Source of the DNA: Eledone cirrhosa
Taxonomy: Eukaryota
Length of the DNA: 64,000 nt
Reading direction: 5' to 3'
Assembly: GCA_964016885.1 (NCBI GenBank)
Contig: OZ024754.1
Coordinates: 26,102,001-26,166,000 of the forward strand
A program made the position numbers and the translations under genes. Under the pieces are notes generated by a model. It saw only the letters and a list, made by a program, of their open reading frames with translations, had not been told where the DNA came from and did no database searches. This document shows, piece after piece, positions 23,401 through 38,400 of the stretch (positions within the stretch are counted from its first letter, which is position 1; each line of letters begins with the position of its first letter).

Positions 23401-26400
23401 GTTAAGGAGTTTACTTCACAACACAGATGCAGGCATGGCTGTGTGGTTAAGGAGTTCACTTCACAACACAGATGAAGGTGTGTCTGTGAGGTTAAGGAGT
23501 TCACTTCACAACACAGATGAAGGGAGTGTCTGTGAGGTTAAGGAGTTCACTTCACAACACAGATGAATGTGTGTCTGTGAGGTTAAGGAGTTTACTTCAC
23601 AACACAGATGAAGGGAGTGTCTGTGAGGTTAAGGAGTTTACTTCACAACACAGATAAGGTGTGTCTGTGAGGTTAAGGAGTTCACTTCACAACACAGATG
23701 CAGGCATGGCTGTGTGGTTAAGGAGTTCACTTCACAACATAGATGAAGGTGTGTCTGTGAGGTTAAGGAGTTCACTTCACAACACAGATGAAGGTGTGTC
23801 TGTGAGGTTAAGAAGTTTACTTCACAACACAGATGCAGGCATGGCTGTGTGGTTAAGGAGTAAACTTCACAACACAGATGAAGGTGTGTCTGTGAGGTTA
23901 AGGAGTTCACTTCACAACACAGATGAAGGTGTATCTGTGAGGTTAAGAAGTTTACTTCACAACACAGATGCAGGCATGGCTGTGTGGTTAAGGAGTTTAC
24001 TTCACAACACAGATGAAGGTGGATCTGTGAGGTTAAGGAGTTCAATTCACAACACAGATGAAGGTGTGTCTGATGTTAAGGAGTTTACTTCACAACACAG
24101 ATGAATGTGTGTCTGTGAGGTTAAGGAGTTTACTTCACAATACAGATGAAGGTGTGTGTGAGGTTAAGGAGTTCACTTCACAACACAGATGCAGGCATGG
24201 CTGTGTGGTTAAGGAGTTTACTTCACAACACAGATGAAGGTGGATCTGTGAGGTTAAGGAGTTCAATTCACAACACAGATGAAGATGTGTCTGATGTTAA
24301 GGAATTTATTCACAACACAGATGAAGGTGTGTCTGTGAGGTTAAGGAGTTTACTTCACAACACAGATGAAGGTGTGTGTGAGGTTAAGGAGTTCACTTCA
24401 CAACACAGATGAAGGTGTGTCTGTGAGGTTAAGAAGTTTACTTCACAACACAGATGCAGGCATGGCTGTGTGGCTAAGGAGTAAACTTCACAACACAGAT
24501 GAAGGTGTGTCTGTGAGGTTAAGGAGTTTACTTCACAACACAGATGAAGGTGTGTCTGTGAGGTTAAGGAGTTTACTTCACAACACACATGCAGGCATGG
24601 CTGTGTGGTTAAGTAGTTCACTTCACAACACAGATGAAGGTGTGTCTGTGAGGTTAAGGAGTTCACTTCACAACACAGATGAAGGTGTGTCTGTGAGGTT
24701 AAGGAGTTTACTTCACAACACAGATGAAGGTGTGTCTGTGAGGTTAAGGAGTTTACTTCACAACACAGATGCAGGCATGGCTGTGTGGTTAAGCAGTTCA
24801 CTTCACAACACAGATGAAGGTGTGTCTGTGAGGTTAAGGAGTTTACTTCACAACACAGATAAAGGTGTGTGTGAGGTTAAGGAGTTCACTTCACAACACA
24901 GATGAAGGTGTGTCTGTGAGGTTAAGAAGTTTACTTCACAACACAGATGCAGGCATGGCTGTGTGGTTAAGGAGTAAACTTCACAACACAGATGAAGGTG
25001 TGTCTGTGAGGTTAAGGAGTTTACTTCAAAACACAGATGAAGGTGGGTCTGTGAGGTTAAGGAGTTCACTTCACAACACAGATGAAGGTGTGTCTGTGAG
25101 GTTAAGGAGTTTACTTCACAACACAGATGAAGGTGTGTCTGTGAGGTTAAGGAGTTCACTTCACAACACAGATGAAGGTGTGTCCGTGAGGTTAAGGAGT
25201 TTACTTCACAACACAGATGAAGGTGTGTCTGTGAGGTTAAGGAGTTCACTTCACAACACAGATGAAGGTGTGTCTGTGAGGTTAAGGAGTTTACTTCACA
25301 ACACAAATGCAGGCATGGCTGTGTGGTTAAGGAGTTCACTTCACAACACAGATGAAGGTGTGTCTGTGAGGTTAAGGAGTTCATTTCACAACACAGATGA
25401 AGGTGCGTCTGTGAGGTTAAGGATTTTACTTCACAACACAGATGAAGGTGTGTCTGTGAGGTTAAGGAGTTTACTTCACAACACAGATACAGGCATAGCT
25501 GTGTGGTTAAGGAGTCCACTTCACAACAAAGATGAAGGTGTGTCTGTGAGGTTAAGGAGTTCACTTCACAACACAGATGAAGGTGTGTCTTTGAGGTTAA
25601 GGAGTTCACTTCACAACACAGATAAGGTATGTCTGTGAGGTTAAGGAGTTTACTTCACAACACAGATGCAGGCATGGCTGTGTGGTTAAGGAGTTCACTT
25701 CACAACACAGATGAAGGTGTGTCTGTGAGGTTAAGGAGTTCACTTCATAACACAGATGAAGGGAGTGTCTGTGAGGTTAAGGAGTTCACTTCACAACACA
25801 GATGAATGTGTGTCTGTGAGGTTAAGGAGTTTACTTCACAACACAGATGAAGGGAGTGTCTGTGAGGTTAAGGAGTTTACTTCACAACACAGATAAGGTG
25901 TGTCTGTGAGGTTAAGGAGTTCACTTCACAACACAGATGCAGGCATGGCTGTGTGGTTAAGGAGTTCACTTCACAACATAGATGAAGGTGTGTCTGTGAG
26001 GTTAAGGAGTTCACTTCACAACACAGATGAAGGTGTGTCTGTGAGGTTAAGAAGTTTACTTCACAACACAGATGCAGGCATGGCTGTGTGGTTAAGGAGT
26101 AAACTTCACAACACAGATGAAGGTGTGTCTGTGAGGTTAAGGAGTTCACTTCACAACACAGATGAAGGTGTATCTGTGAGGTTAAGAAGTTTACTTCACA
26201 ACACAGATGCAGGCATGGCTGTGTGGTTAAGGAGTTTACTTCACAACACAGATGAAGGTGGATCTGTGAGGTTAAGGAGTTCAATTCACAACACAGATGA
26301 AGGTGTGTCTGATGTTAAGGAGTTTACTTCACAACACAGATGAATGTGTGTCTGTGAGGTTAAGGAGTTTACTTCACAACACAGATGAAGGTGTGTGCGA

Positions 26401-29400
26401 GGTTAAGGAGTTCACTTCACAACACAGATGCAGGCATGGCTGTGTGGTTAAGGAGTTTACTTCACAACACAGATGAAGGTGGATCTGTGAGGTTAAGGAG
26501 TTCAATTCACAACACAGATGAAGGTGTGTCTGATGTTAAGGAATTTATTCACAACACAGATGAAGGTGTGTCTGTGAGGTTAAGGAGTTTACTTCACAAC
26601 ACAGATGAAGGTGTGTGTGAGGTTAAGGAGTTCACTTCACAACACAGATGAAGGTGTGTCTGTGAGGTTAAGAAGTTTACTTCACAACACAGATGCAGGC
26701 ATGGCTGTGTGGCTAAGGAGTAAACTTCACAACACAGATGAAGGTGTGTCTGTGAGGTTAAGGAGTTTACTTCACAACACAGATGAAGGTGTGTCTGTGA
26801 GGTTAAGGAGTTTACTTCAAAACACAGATGAAGGTGGGTCTGTGAGGTTAAGGAGTTCACTTCACAACACAGATGAAGGTGTGTCTGTGAGGTTAAGGAG
26901 TTTACTTCACAACACAGATGAAGGTGTGTCTGTGAGGTTAAGGAGTTCACTTCACAACACAGATGAAGGTGTGTCTGTGAGGTTAAGGAGTTCACTTCAC
27001 AACACAGATGAAGGTGTGTCTGTGAGGTTAAGGAGTTTACTTCACAACACAGATACAGGCATAGCTGTGTGGTTAAGGAGTCCACTTCACAACAAAGATG
27101 AAGGTGTGTCTGTGAGGTTAAGGAGTTCACTTCACAACACAGATGAAGGTGTGTCTTTGAGGTTAAGGAGTTCACTTCACAACACAGATAAGGTATGTCT
27201 GTGAGGTTAAGGAGGTTACTTCACAACACAGATGCAGGCATGGCTGTGTGGTTAAGGAGTTCACTTCACAACACAGATGAAGGTGTGTCTGTGAGGTTAA
27301 GGAGTTCACTTCACAACACAGATGAAGGGAGTGTCTGTGAGGTTAAGGAGTTCACTTCACAACACAGATGAAGGTGTGTCTGTGAGGTTAAGGAGTTTAC
27401 TTCACAACACAGATGAAGGGAGTGTCTGTGAGGTTAAGGAGTTTACTTCACAACACAGATAAGGTGTGTCTGTGAGGTTAAGGAGTTCACTTCACAACAC
27501 AGATGCAGGCATGGCTGTGTGGTTAAGGAGTTCACTTCACAACATAGATGAAGGTGTGTCTGTGAGGTTAAGGAGTTCACTTCACAACACAGATGAAGGT
27601 GTGTCTGTGAGGTTAAGAAGTTTACTTCACAACACAGATGCAGGCATGGCTGTGTGGTTAAGGAGTAAACTTCACAACACAGATGAAGGTGTGTCTGTGA
27701 GGTTAAGGAGTTCACTTCACAACACAGATGAAGGTGTATCTGTGAGGTTAAGAAGTTTACTTCACAACACAGATGCAGGCATGGCTGTGTGGTTAAGGAG
27801 TTTACTTCACAACACAGATGAAGGTGGATCTGTGAGGTTAAGGAGTTCAATTCACAACACAGATGAAGGTGTGTCTGATGTTAAGGAGTTTACTTCACAA
27901 CACAGATGAATGTGTGTCTGTGAGGTTAAGGAGTTTACTTCACAACACAGATGAAGGTGTGTGTGAGGTTAAGGAGTTCACTTCACAACACAGATGCAGG
28001 CATGGCTGTGTGGTTAAGGAGTTCACTTCACAACATAGATGAAGGTGTGTCTGTGAGGTTAAGGAGTTCACTTCACAACACAGATGAAGGTGTGTCTGTG
28101 AGGTTAAGAAGATTACTTCACAACACAGATGCAGGCATGGCTGTGTGGTTAAGGAGTTTACTTCACAACACAGATGAAGGTGTGTGTGAGGTTAAGGAGT
28201 TCACTTCACAACACAGATGAAGGTGTGTCTGTGAGGTTAAGAAGTTTACTTCACAACACAGATGCAGGCATGGCTGTGTGGTTAAGGAGTAAACTTCACA
28301 ACACAGATGAAGGTGTGTCTGTGAGGTTAAGGAGTTTACTTCAAAACACAGATGAAGGTGGGTCTGTGAGGTTAAGGAGTTCACTTCACAACACAGATGA
28401 AGGTGTGTCTGTGAGGTTAAGGAGTTTACTTCACAACATAGATGAAGGTGTGTCTGTGAGGTTAAGGAGTTCACTTCACAACACAGATGAAGGTGTGTCT
28501 GTGAGGTTCAGGAGTTTACTTCACAACACAGATGGTGTGCCTGTGAGGTTAAGGAGTTCACTTCACAACACAGATGAATATGTGTCTGAGGTTAAGCAGT
28601 TCACTTCACAACACAGATGAAGGTGTGTATGTGAGGTTAAGGAGTTCACTTCACAACACAGATGAAGGTGTGTCTGTGAGGTTAAGGAGTTTACTTCACA
28701 ACACAAATGCAGGCATGGCTGTGTGGTTAAGGAGTTCACTTCACAACACAGATGAAGGTGTGTCTGTGAGGTTAAGGAGTTCATTTCACAACACAGATGA
28801 AGGTGTGTCTGTGAGGTTAAGGATTTTACTTCACAACACAGATGAAGGTGTGTCTGTGAGGTTAAGGAGTTCATTTCACAACACAGATGAAGGTGTGTCT
28901 GTGAGGTTAAGAAGTTTACTTCACAACACAGATGAAGGTGTGTCTGTGAGGTTAAGGAGTTTACTTCACAACACAGATGCAGGCATGGCTGTGTGGTTAA
29001 GGAGTTTACTTCACAACACAGATGAAGGTGTGTCTGTGAGGTTAAGGAGTTCACTTCACAACACAGATGAAGGGAGTGTCTGTGAGGTTAAGGAGTTCAC
29101 TTCACAACACAGATGAAGGTGTGTCTACGAGGTTAAGGAGTTTACTTCACAACACAGATGAAGGGAGTGTCTGTGAGGTTAAGGAGTTCACTTCACAACA
29201 CAGATGCAGGCATGGCTGTGTGGTTAAGGAGTTCACTTCACAACATAGATGAAGGTGTGTCTGTGAGGTTAAGGAGTTTACTTCACAACACAGATGAATG
29301 TGTGTATGTGAGGTTAAGGAGTTTACTTCACAACACAGATGCAGGCATGGCTGTGTGGTTAAGTAGTTCACTTCACAACACAGATGAAGGTGTGTCTGTG

Positions 29401-32400
29401 AGGTTAAGGAGTTCACTTCACAACACAGATGAAGGGAGTGTCTGTGAGGTTAAGGAGTTCACTTCACAACACAGATGAATGTGTGTCTGTGAGGTTAAGG
29501 AGTTTACTTCACAACACAGATGAAGGGAGTGTCTGTGAGGTTAAGGAGTTTACTTCACAACACAGATAAGGTGTGTCTGTGAGGTTAAGGAGTTCACTTC
29601 ACAACACAGATGCAGGCATGGCTGTGTGGTTAAGGAGTTCACTTCACAACATAGATGAAGGTGTGTCTGTGAGGTTAAGGAGTTCACTTCACAACACAGA
29701 TGAAGGTGTGTCTGTGAGGTTAAGAAGTTTACTTCACAACACAGATGCAGGCATGGCTGTGTGGTTAAGGAGTAAACTTCACAACACAGATGAAGGTGTG
29801 TCTGTGAGGTTAAGGAGTTCACTTCACAACACAGATGAAGGTGTATCTGTGAGGTTAAGAAGTTTACTTCACAACACAGATGCAGGCATGGCTGTGTGGT
29901 TAAGGAGTTTACTTCACAACACAGATGAAGGTGGATCTGTGAGGTTAAGGAGTTCAATTCACAACACAGATGAAGGTGTGTCTGATGTTAAGGAGTTTAC
30001 TTCACAACACAGATGAATGTGTGTCTGTGAGGTTAAGGAGTTTACTTCACAACACAGATGAAGGTGTGTGTGAGGTTAAGGAGTTCACTTCACAACACAG
30101 ATGCAGGCATGGCTGTGTGGTTAAGGAGTTTACTTCACAACACAGATGAAGGTGGATCTGTGAGGTTAAGGAGTTCAATTCACAACACAGATGAAGATGT
30201 GTCTGATGTTAAGGAATTTATTCACAACACAGATGAAGGTGTGTCTGTGAGGTTAAGGAGTTTACTTCACAACACAGATGAAGGTGTGTGTGAGGTTAAG
30301 GAGTTCACTTCACAACACAGATGAAGGTGTGTCTGTGAGGTTAAGAAGTTTACTTCACAACACAGATGCAGGCATGGCTGTGTGGCTAAGGAGTAAACTT
30401 CACAACACAGATGAAGGTGTGTCTGTGAGGTTAAGGAGTTTACTTCACAACACAGATGAAGGTGTGTCTGTGAGGTTAAGGAGTTTACTTCACAACACAC
30501 ATGCAGGCATGGCTGTGTGGTTAAGTAGTTCACTTCACAACACAGATGAAGGTGTGTCTGTGAGGTTAAGGAGTTCACTTCACAACACAGATGAAGGTGT
30601 GTCTGTGAGGTTAAGGAGTTTACTTCACAACACAGATGAAGGTGTGTCTGTGAGGTTAAGGAGTTTACTTCACAACACAGATGCAGGCATGGCTGTGTGG
30701 TTAAGCAGTTCACTTCACAACACAGATGAAGGTGTGTCTGTGAGGTTAAGGAGTTTACTTCACAACACAGATAAAGGTGTGTGTGAGGTTAAGGAGTTCA
30801 CTTCACAACACAGATGAAGGTGTGTCTGTGAGGTTAAGAAGTTTACTTCACAACACAGATGCAGGCATGGCTGTGTGGTTAAGGAGTAAACTTCACAACA
30901 CAGATGAAGGTGTGTCTGTGAGGTTAAGGAGTTTACTTCAAAACACAGATGAAGGTGGGTCTGTGAGGTTAAGGAGTTCACTTCACAACACAGATGAAGG
31001 TGTGTCTGTGAGGTTAAGGAGTTTACTTCACAACACAGATGAAGGTGTGTCTGTGAGGTTAAGGAGTTCACTTCACAACACAGATGAAGGTGTGTCCGTG
31101 AGGTTAAGGAGTTTACTTCACAACACAGATGAAGGTGTGTCTGTGAGGTTAAGGAGTTCACTTCACAACACAGATGAAGGTGTGTCTGTGAGGTTAAGGA
31201 GTTTACTTCACAACACAAATGCAGGCATGGCTGTGTGGTTAAGGAGTTCACTTCACAACACAGATGAAGGTGTGTCTGTGAGGTTAAGGAGTTCATTTCA
31301 CAACACAGATGAAGGTGCGTCTGTGAGGTTAAGGATTTTACTTCACAACACAGATGAAGGTGTGTCTGTGAGGTTAAGGAGTTTACTTCACAACACAGAT
31401 ACAGGCATAGCTGTGTGGTTAAGGAGTCCACTTCACAACAAAGATGAAGGTGTGTCTGTGAGGTTAAGGAGTTCACTTCACAACACAGATGAAGGTGTGT
31501 CTTTGAGGTTAAGGAGTTCACTTCACAACACAGATAAGGTATGTCTGTGAGGTTAAGGAGTTTACTTCACAACACAGATGCAGGCATGGCTGTGTGGTTA
31601 AGGAGTTCACTTCACAACACAGATGAAGGTGTGTCTGTGAGGTTAAGGAGTTTACTTCACAACACAGATGAAGGGAGTGTCTGTGAGGTTAAGGAGTTTA
31701 CTTCACAACACAGATAAGGTGTGTCTGTGAGGTTAAGGAGTTCACTTCACAACACAGATGCAGGCATGGCTGTGTGGTTAAGGAGTTCACTTCACAACAT
31801 AGATGAAGGTGTGTCTGTGAGGTTAAGGAGTTCACTTCACAACACAGATGAAGGTGTGTCTGTGAGGTTAAGAAGTTTACTTCACAACACAGATGCAGGC
31901 ATGGCTGTGTGGTTAAGGAGTAAACTTCACAACACAGATGAAGGTGTGTCTGTGAGGTTAAGGAGTTCACTTCACAACACAGATGAAGGTGTATCTGTGA
32001 GGTTAAGAAGTTTACTTCACAACACAGATGCAGGCATGGCTGTGTGGTTAAGGAGTTTACTTCACAACACAGATGAAGGTGGATCTGTGAGGTTAAGGAG
32101 TTCAATTCACAACACAGATGAAGGTGTGTCTGATGTTAAGGAGTTTACTTCACAACACAGATGAATGTGTGTCTGTGAGGTTAAGGAGTTTACTTCACAA
32201 CACAGATGAAGGTGTGTGTGAGGTTAAGGTGTTCACTTCACAACACAGATGCAGGCATGGCTGTGTGGTTAAGGAGTTTACTTCACAACACAGATGAAGG
32301 TGGATCTGTGAGGTTAAGGAGTTCAATTCACAACACAGATGAAGGTGTGTCTGATGTTAAGGAATTTATTCACAACACAGATGAAGGTGTGTCTGTGAGG

Positions 32401-35400
32401 TTAAGGAGTTTACTTCACAACACAGATGAAGGTGTGTGTGAGGTTAAGGAGTTCACTTCACAACACAGATGAAGGTGTGTCTGTGAGGTTAAGAAGTTTA
32501 CTTCACAACACAGATGCAGGCATGGCTGTGTGGCTAAGGAGTAAACTTCACAACACAGATGAAGGTGTGTCTGTGAGGTTAAGGAGTTTACTTCACAACA
32601 CAGATGAAGGTGTGTCTGTGAGGTTAAGGAGTTTACTTCAAAACACAGATGAAGGTGGGTCTGTGAGGTTAAGGAGTTCACTTCACAACACAGATGAAGG
32701 TGTGTCTGTGAGGTTAAGGACTTTACTTCACAACACAGATGAAGGTGTGTCTGTGAGGTTAAGGAGTTCACTTCACAACACAGATGAAGGTGTGTCCGTG
32801 AGGTTAAGGAGTTTACTTCACAACACAGATGAAGGTGGGTCTGTGAGGTTAAGGAGTTCACTTCACAACACAGATGAAGGTGTGTCTGTGAGGTTAAGGA
32901 GTTTACTTCACAACACAGATGAAGGTGTGTCTGTGAGGTTAAGGAGTTCACTTCACAACACAGATGAAGGTGTGTCCGTGAGGTTAAGGAGTTCACTTCA
33001 CAACACAGATGAAGGTGTGTCTGTGAGGTTAAGGAGTTTACTTCACAACATAGATGAAGGTGTGTCTGTGAGGTTAAGGAGTTCACTTCACAACACAGAT
33101 GAAGGTGTGTCCGTGAGGTTAAGGAGTTTACTTCACAACACAGATGAAGGTGTGTCTGTGAGGTTCAGGAGTTTACCTCACAACACAGATGGTGTGCCTG
33201 TGAGGTTAAGGAGTTCACTTCACAACACAGATGAATATGTGTCTGAGGTTAAGCAGTTCACTTCACAACACAGATGAAGGTGTGTCTGTGAGGTTAAGGA
33301 GTTCACTTCACAACACAGATGAAGGTGTGTCTGTGAGGTTAAGGAGTTTACTTCACAACACAAATGCAGGCATGGCTGTGTGGTTAAGGAGTTCACTTCA
33401 CAACACAGATGAAGGTGTGTCTGTGAGGTTAAGGAGTTCATTTCACAACACAGATGAAGGTGTGTCTGTGAGGTTAAGGATTTTACTTCACAACACAGAT
33501 GAAGGTGTGTCTGTGAGGTTAAGGAGTTCATTTCACAACACAGATGAAGGTGTGTCTGTGAGGTTAAGAAGTTTACTTCACAACACAGATGAAGGTGTGT
33601 CTGTGAGGTTAAGGAGTTTACTTCACAACACAGATGCAGGCATGGCTGTGTGGTTAAGTAGTTCACTTCACAACACAGATGAAGGTGTGTCTGTGAGGTT
33701 AAGGAGTTCACTTCACAACACAGATGAAGGGAGTGTCTGTGAGGTTAAGGAGTTCACTTCACAACACAGATGAATGTGTGTCTGTGAGGTTAAGGAGTTT
33801 ACTTCACAACACAGATGAAGGGAGTGTCTGTGAGGTCAAGGAGTTTACTTCACAACACAGATAAGGTGTGTCTGTGAGGTTAAGGAGTTCACTTCACAAC
33901 ACAGATGCAGGCATGGCTGTGTGGTTAAGGAGTTCACTTCACAACATAGATGAAGGTGTGTCTGTGAGGTTAAGGAGTTCACTTCACAACACAGATGAAG
34001 GTGTGTCTGTGAGGTTAAGAAGTTTACTTCACAACACAGATGCAGGCATGGCTGTGTGGTTAAGGAGTAAACTTCACAACACAGATGAAGGTGTGTCTGT
34101 GAGGTTAAGGAGTTCACTTCACAACACAGATGAAGGTGTATCTGTGAGGTTAAGAAGTTTACTTCACAACACAGATGCAGGCATGGCTGTGTGGTTAAGG
34201 AGTTTACTTCACAACACAGATGAAGGTGTGTCTGTGAGGTTAAGGAGTTCACTTCACAACACAGATGAAGGTGTGTCTGTGAGGTTAAGGAGTTCACTTC
34301 ACAACACAGATGAAGGGAGTGTCTGTGAGGTTAAGGAGTTCACTTCACAACACAGATGAAGGTGTGTCTACGAGGTTAAGGAGTTTACTTCACAACACAG
34401 ATGAAGGGAGTGTCTGTGAGGTTAAGGAGTTCACTTCACAACACAGATGCAGGCATGGCTGTGTGGTTAAGGAGTTCACTTCACAACATAGATGAAGGTG
34501 TGTCTGTGAGGTTAAGGAGTTTACTTCACAACACAGATGAATGTGTGTATGTGAGGTTAAGGAGTTTACTTCACAACACAGATGCAGGCATGGCTGTGTG
34601 GTTAAGTAGTTCACTTCACAACACAGATGAAGGTGTGTCTGTGAGGTTAAGGAGTTCACTTCACAACACAGATGAAGGGAGTGTCTGTGAGGTTAAGGAG
34701 TTCACTTCACAACACAGATGAATGTGTGTCTGTGAGGTTAAGGAGTTTACTTCACAACACAGATGAAGGGAGTGTCTGTGAGGTTAAGGAGTTTACTTCA
34801 CAACACAGATAAGGTGTGTCTGTGAGGTTAAGGAGTTCACTTCACAACACAGATGCAGGCATGGCTGTGTGGTTAAGGAGTTCACTTCACAACATAGATG
34901 AAGGTGTGTCTGTGAGGTTAAGGAGTTCACTTCACAACACAGATGAAGGTGTGTCTGTGAGGTTAAGAAGTTTACTTCACAACACAGATGCAGGCATGGC
35001 TGTGTGGTTAAGGAGTAAACTTCACAACACAGATGAAGGTGTGTCTGTGAGGTTAAGGAGTTCACTTCACAACACAGATGAAGGTGTATCTGTGAGGTTA
35101 AGAAGTTTACTTCACAACACAGATGCAGGCATGGCTGTGTGGTTAAGGAGTTTACTTCACAACACAGATGAAGGTGGATCTGTGAGGTTAAGGAGTTCAA
35201 TTCACAACACAGATGAAGGTGTGTCTGATGTTAAGGAGTTTACTTCACAACACAGATGAATGTGTGTCTGTGAGGTTAAGGAGTTTACTTCACAACACAG
35301 ATGAAGGTGTGTGTGAGGTTAAGGAGTTCACTTCACAACACAGATGCAGGCATGGCTGTGTGGTTAAGGAGTTTACTTCACAACACAGATGAAGGTGGAT

Positions 35401-38400
35401 CTGTGAGGTTAAGGAGTTCAATTCACAACACAGATGAAGATGTGTCTGATGTTAAGGAATTTATTCACAACACAGATGAAGGTGTGTCTGTGAGGTTAAG
35501 GAGTTTACTTCACAACACAGATGAAGGTGTGTGTGAGGGTAAGGAGTTCACTTCACAACACAGATGAAGGTGTGTCTGTGAGGTTAAGAAGTTTACTTCA
35601 CAACACAGATGCAGGCATGGCTGTGTGGCTAAGGAGTAAACTTCACAACACAGATGAAGGTGTGTCTGTGAGGTTAAGGAGTTTACTTCACAACACAGAT
35701 GAAGGTGTGTCTGTGAGGTTAAGGAGTTTACTTCACAACACACATGCAGGCATGGCTGTGTGGTTAAGTAGTTCACTTCACAACACAGATGAAGGTGTGT
35801 CTGTGAGGTTAAGGAGTTCACTTCACAACACAGATGAAGGTGTGTCTGTGAGGTTAAGGAGTTTACTTCACAACACAGATGAAGGTGTGTCTGTGAGGTT
35901 AAGGAGTTTACTTCACAACACAGATGCAGGCATGGCTGTGTGGTTAAGCAGTTCACTTCACAACACAGATGAAGGTGTGTCTGTGAGGTTAAGGAGTTTA
36001 CTTCACAACACAGATAAAGGTGTGTGTGAGGTTAAGGAGTTCACTTCACAACACAGATGAAGGTGTGTCTGTGAGGTTAAGAAGTTTACTTCACAACACA
36101 GATGCAGGCATGGCTGTGTGGTTAAGGAGTAAACTTCACAACACAGATGAAGGTGTGTCTGTGAGGTTAAGGAGTTTACTTCAAAACACAGATGAAGGTG
36201 GGTCTGTGAGGTTAAGGAGTTCACTTCACAACACAGATGAAGGTGTGTCTGTGAGGTTAAGGAGTTTACTTCACAACACAGATGAAGGTGTGTCTGTGAG
36301 GTTAAGGAGTTCACTTCACAACACAGATGAAGGTGTGTCCGTGAGGTTAAGGAGTTTACTTCACAACACAGATGAAGGTGTGTCTGTGAGGTTAAGGAGT
36401 TCACTTCACAACACAGATGAAGGTGTGTCTGTGAGGTTAAGGAGTTTACTTCACAACACAAATGCAGGCATGGCTGTGTGGTTAAGGAGTTCACTTCACA
36501 ACACAGATGAAGGTGTGTCTGTGAGGTTAAGGAGTTCATTTCACAACACAGATGAAGGTGCGTCTGTGAGGTTAAGGATTTTACTTCACAACACAGATGA
36601 AGGTGTGTCTGTGAGGTTAAGGAGTTTACTTCACAACACAGATACAGGCATAGCTGTGTGGTTAAGGAGTCCACTTCACAACAAAGATGAAGGTGTGTCT
36701 GTGAGGTTAAGGAGTTCACTTCACAACACAGATGAAGGTGTGTCTTTGAGGTTAAGGAGTTCACTTCACAACACAGATAAGGTATGTCTGTGAGGTTAAG
36801 GAGTTTACTTCACAACACAGATGCAGGCATGGCTGTGTGGTTAAGGAGTTCACTTCACAACACAGATGAAGGTGTGTCTGTGAGGTTAAGGAGTTTACTT
36901 CACAACACAGATGAAGGGAGTGTCTGTGAGGTTAAGGAGTTTACTTCACAACACAGATAAGGTGTGTCTGTGAGGTTAAGGAGTTCACTTCACAACACAG
37001 ATGCAGGCATGGCTGTGTGGTTAAGGAGTTCACTTCACAACATAGATGAAGGTGTGTCTGTGAGGTTAAGGAGTTCACTTCACAACACAGATGAAGGTGT
37101 GTCTGTGAGGTTAAGAAGTTTACTTCACAACACAGATGCAGGCATGGCTGTGTGGTTAAGGAGTAAACTTCACAACACAGATGAAGGTGTGTCTGTGAGG
37201 TTAAGGAGTTCACTTCACAACACAGATGAATGTGTATCTGTGAGGTTAAGAAGTTTACTTCACAACACAGATGCAGGCATGGCTGTGTGGTTAAGGAGTT
37301 TACTTCACAACACAGATGAAGGTGGATCTGTGAGGTTAAGGAGTTCAATTCACAACACAGATGAAGGTGTGTCTGATGTTAAGGAGTTTACTTCACAACA
37401 CAGATGAATGTGTGTCTGTGAGGTTAAGGAGTTTACTTCACAACACAGATGAAGGTGTGTGTGAGGTTAAGGTGTTCACTTCACAACACAGATGCAGGCA
37501 TGGCTGTGTGGTTAAGGAGTTTACTTCACAACACAGATGAAGGTGGATCTGTGAGGTTAAGGAGTTCAATTCACAACACAGATGAAGGTGTGTCTGATGT
37601 TAAGGAATTTATTCACAACACAGATGAAGGTGTGTCTGTGAGGTTAAGGAGTTTACTTCACAACACAGATGAAGGTGTGTGTGAGGTTAAGGAGTTCACT
37701 TCACAACACAGATGAAGGTGTGTCTGTGAGGTTAAGAAGTTTACTTCACAACACAGATGCAGGCATGGCTGTGTGGCTAAGGAGTAAACTTCACAACACA
37801 GATGAAGGTGTGTCTGTGAGGTTAAGGAGTTTACTTCACAACACAGATGAAGGTGTGTCTGTGAGGTTAAGGAGTTTACTTCAAAACACAGATGAAGGTG
37901 GGTCTGTGAGGTTAAGGAGTTCACTTCACAACACAGATGAAGGTGTGTCTGTGAGGTTAAGGACTTTACTTCACAACACAGATGAAGGTGTGTCTGTGAG
38001 GTTAAGGAGTTCACTTCACAACACAGATGAAGGTGTGTCCGTGAGGTTAAGGAGTTTACTTCACAACACAGATGAAGGTGTGTCTGTGAGGTTAAGGACT
38101 TTACTTCACAACACAGATGAAGGTGTGTCTGTGAGGTTAAGGAGTTCACTTCACAACACAGATGAAGGTGTGTCCGTGAGGTTAAGGAGTTTACTTCACA
38201 ACACAGATGAAGGTGGGTCTGTGAGGTTAAGGAGTTCACTTCACAACACAGATGAAGGTGTGTCTGTGAGGTTAAGGAGTTTACTTCACAACACAGATGA
38301 AGGTGTGTCTGTGAGGTTAAGGAGTTCACTTCACAACACAGATGAAGGTGTGTCCGTGAGGTTAAGGAGTTCACTTCACAACACAGATGAAGGTGTGTCT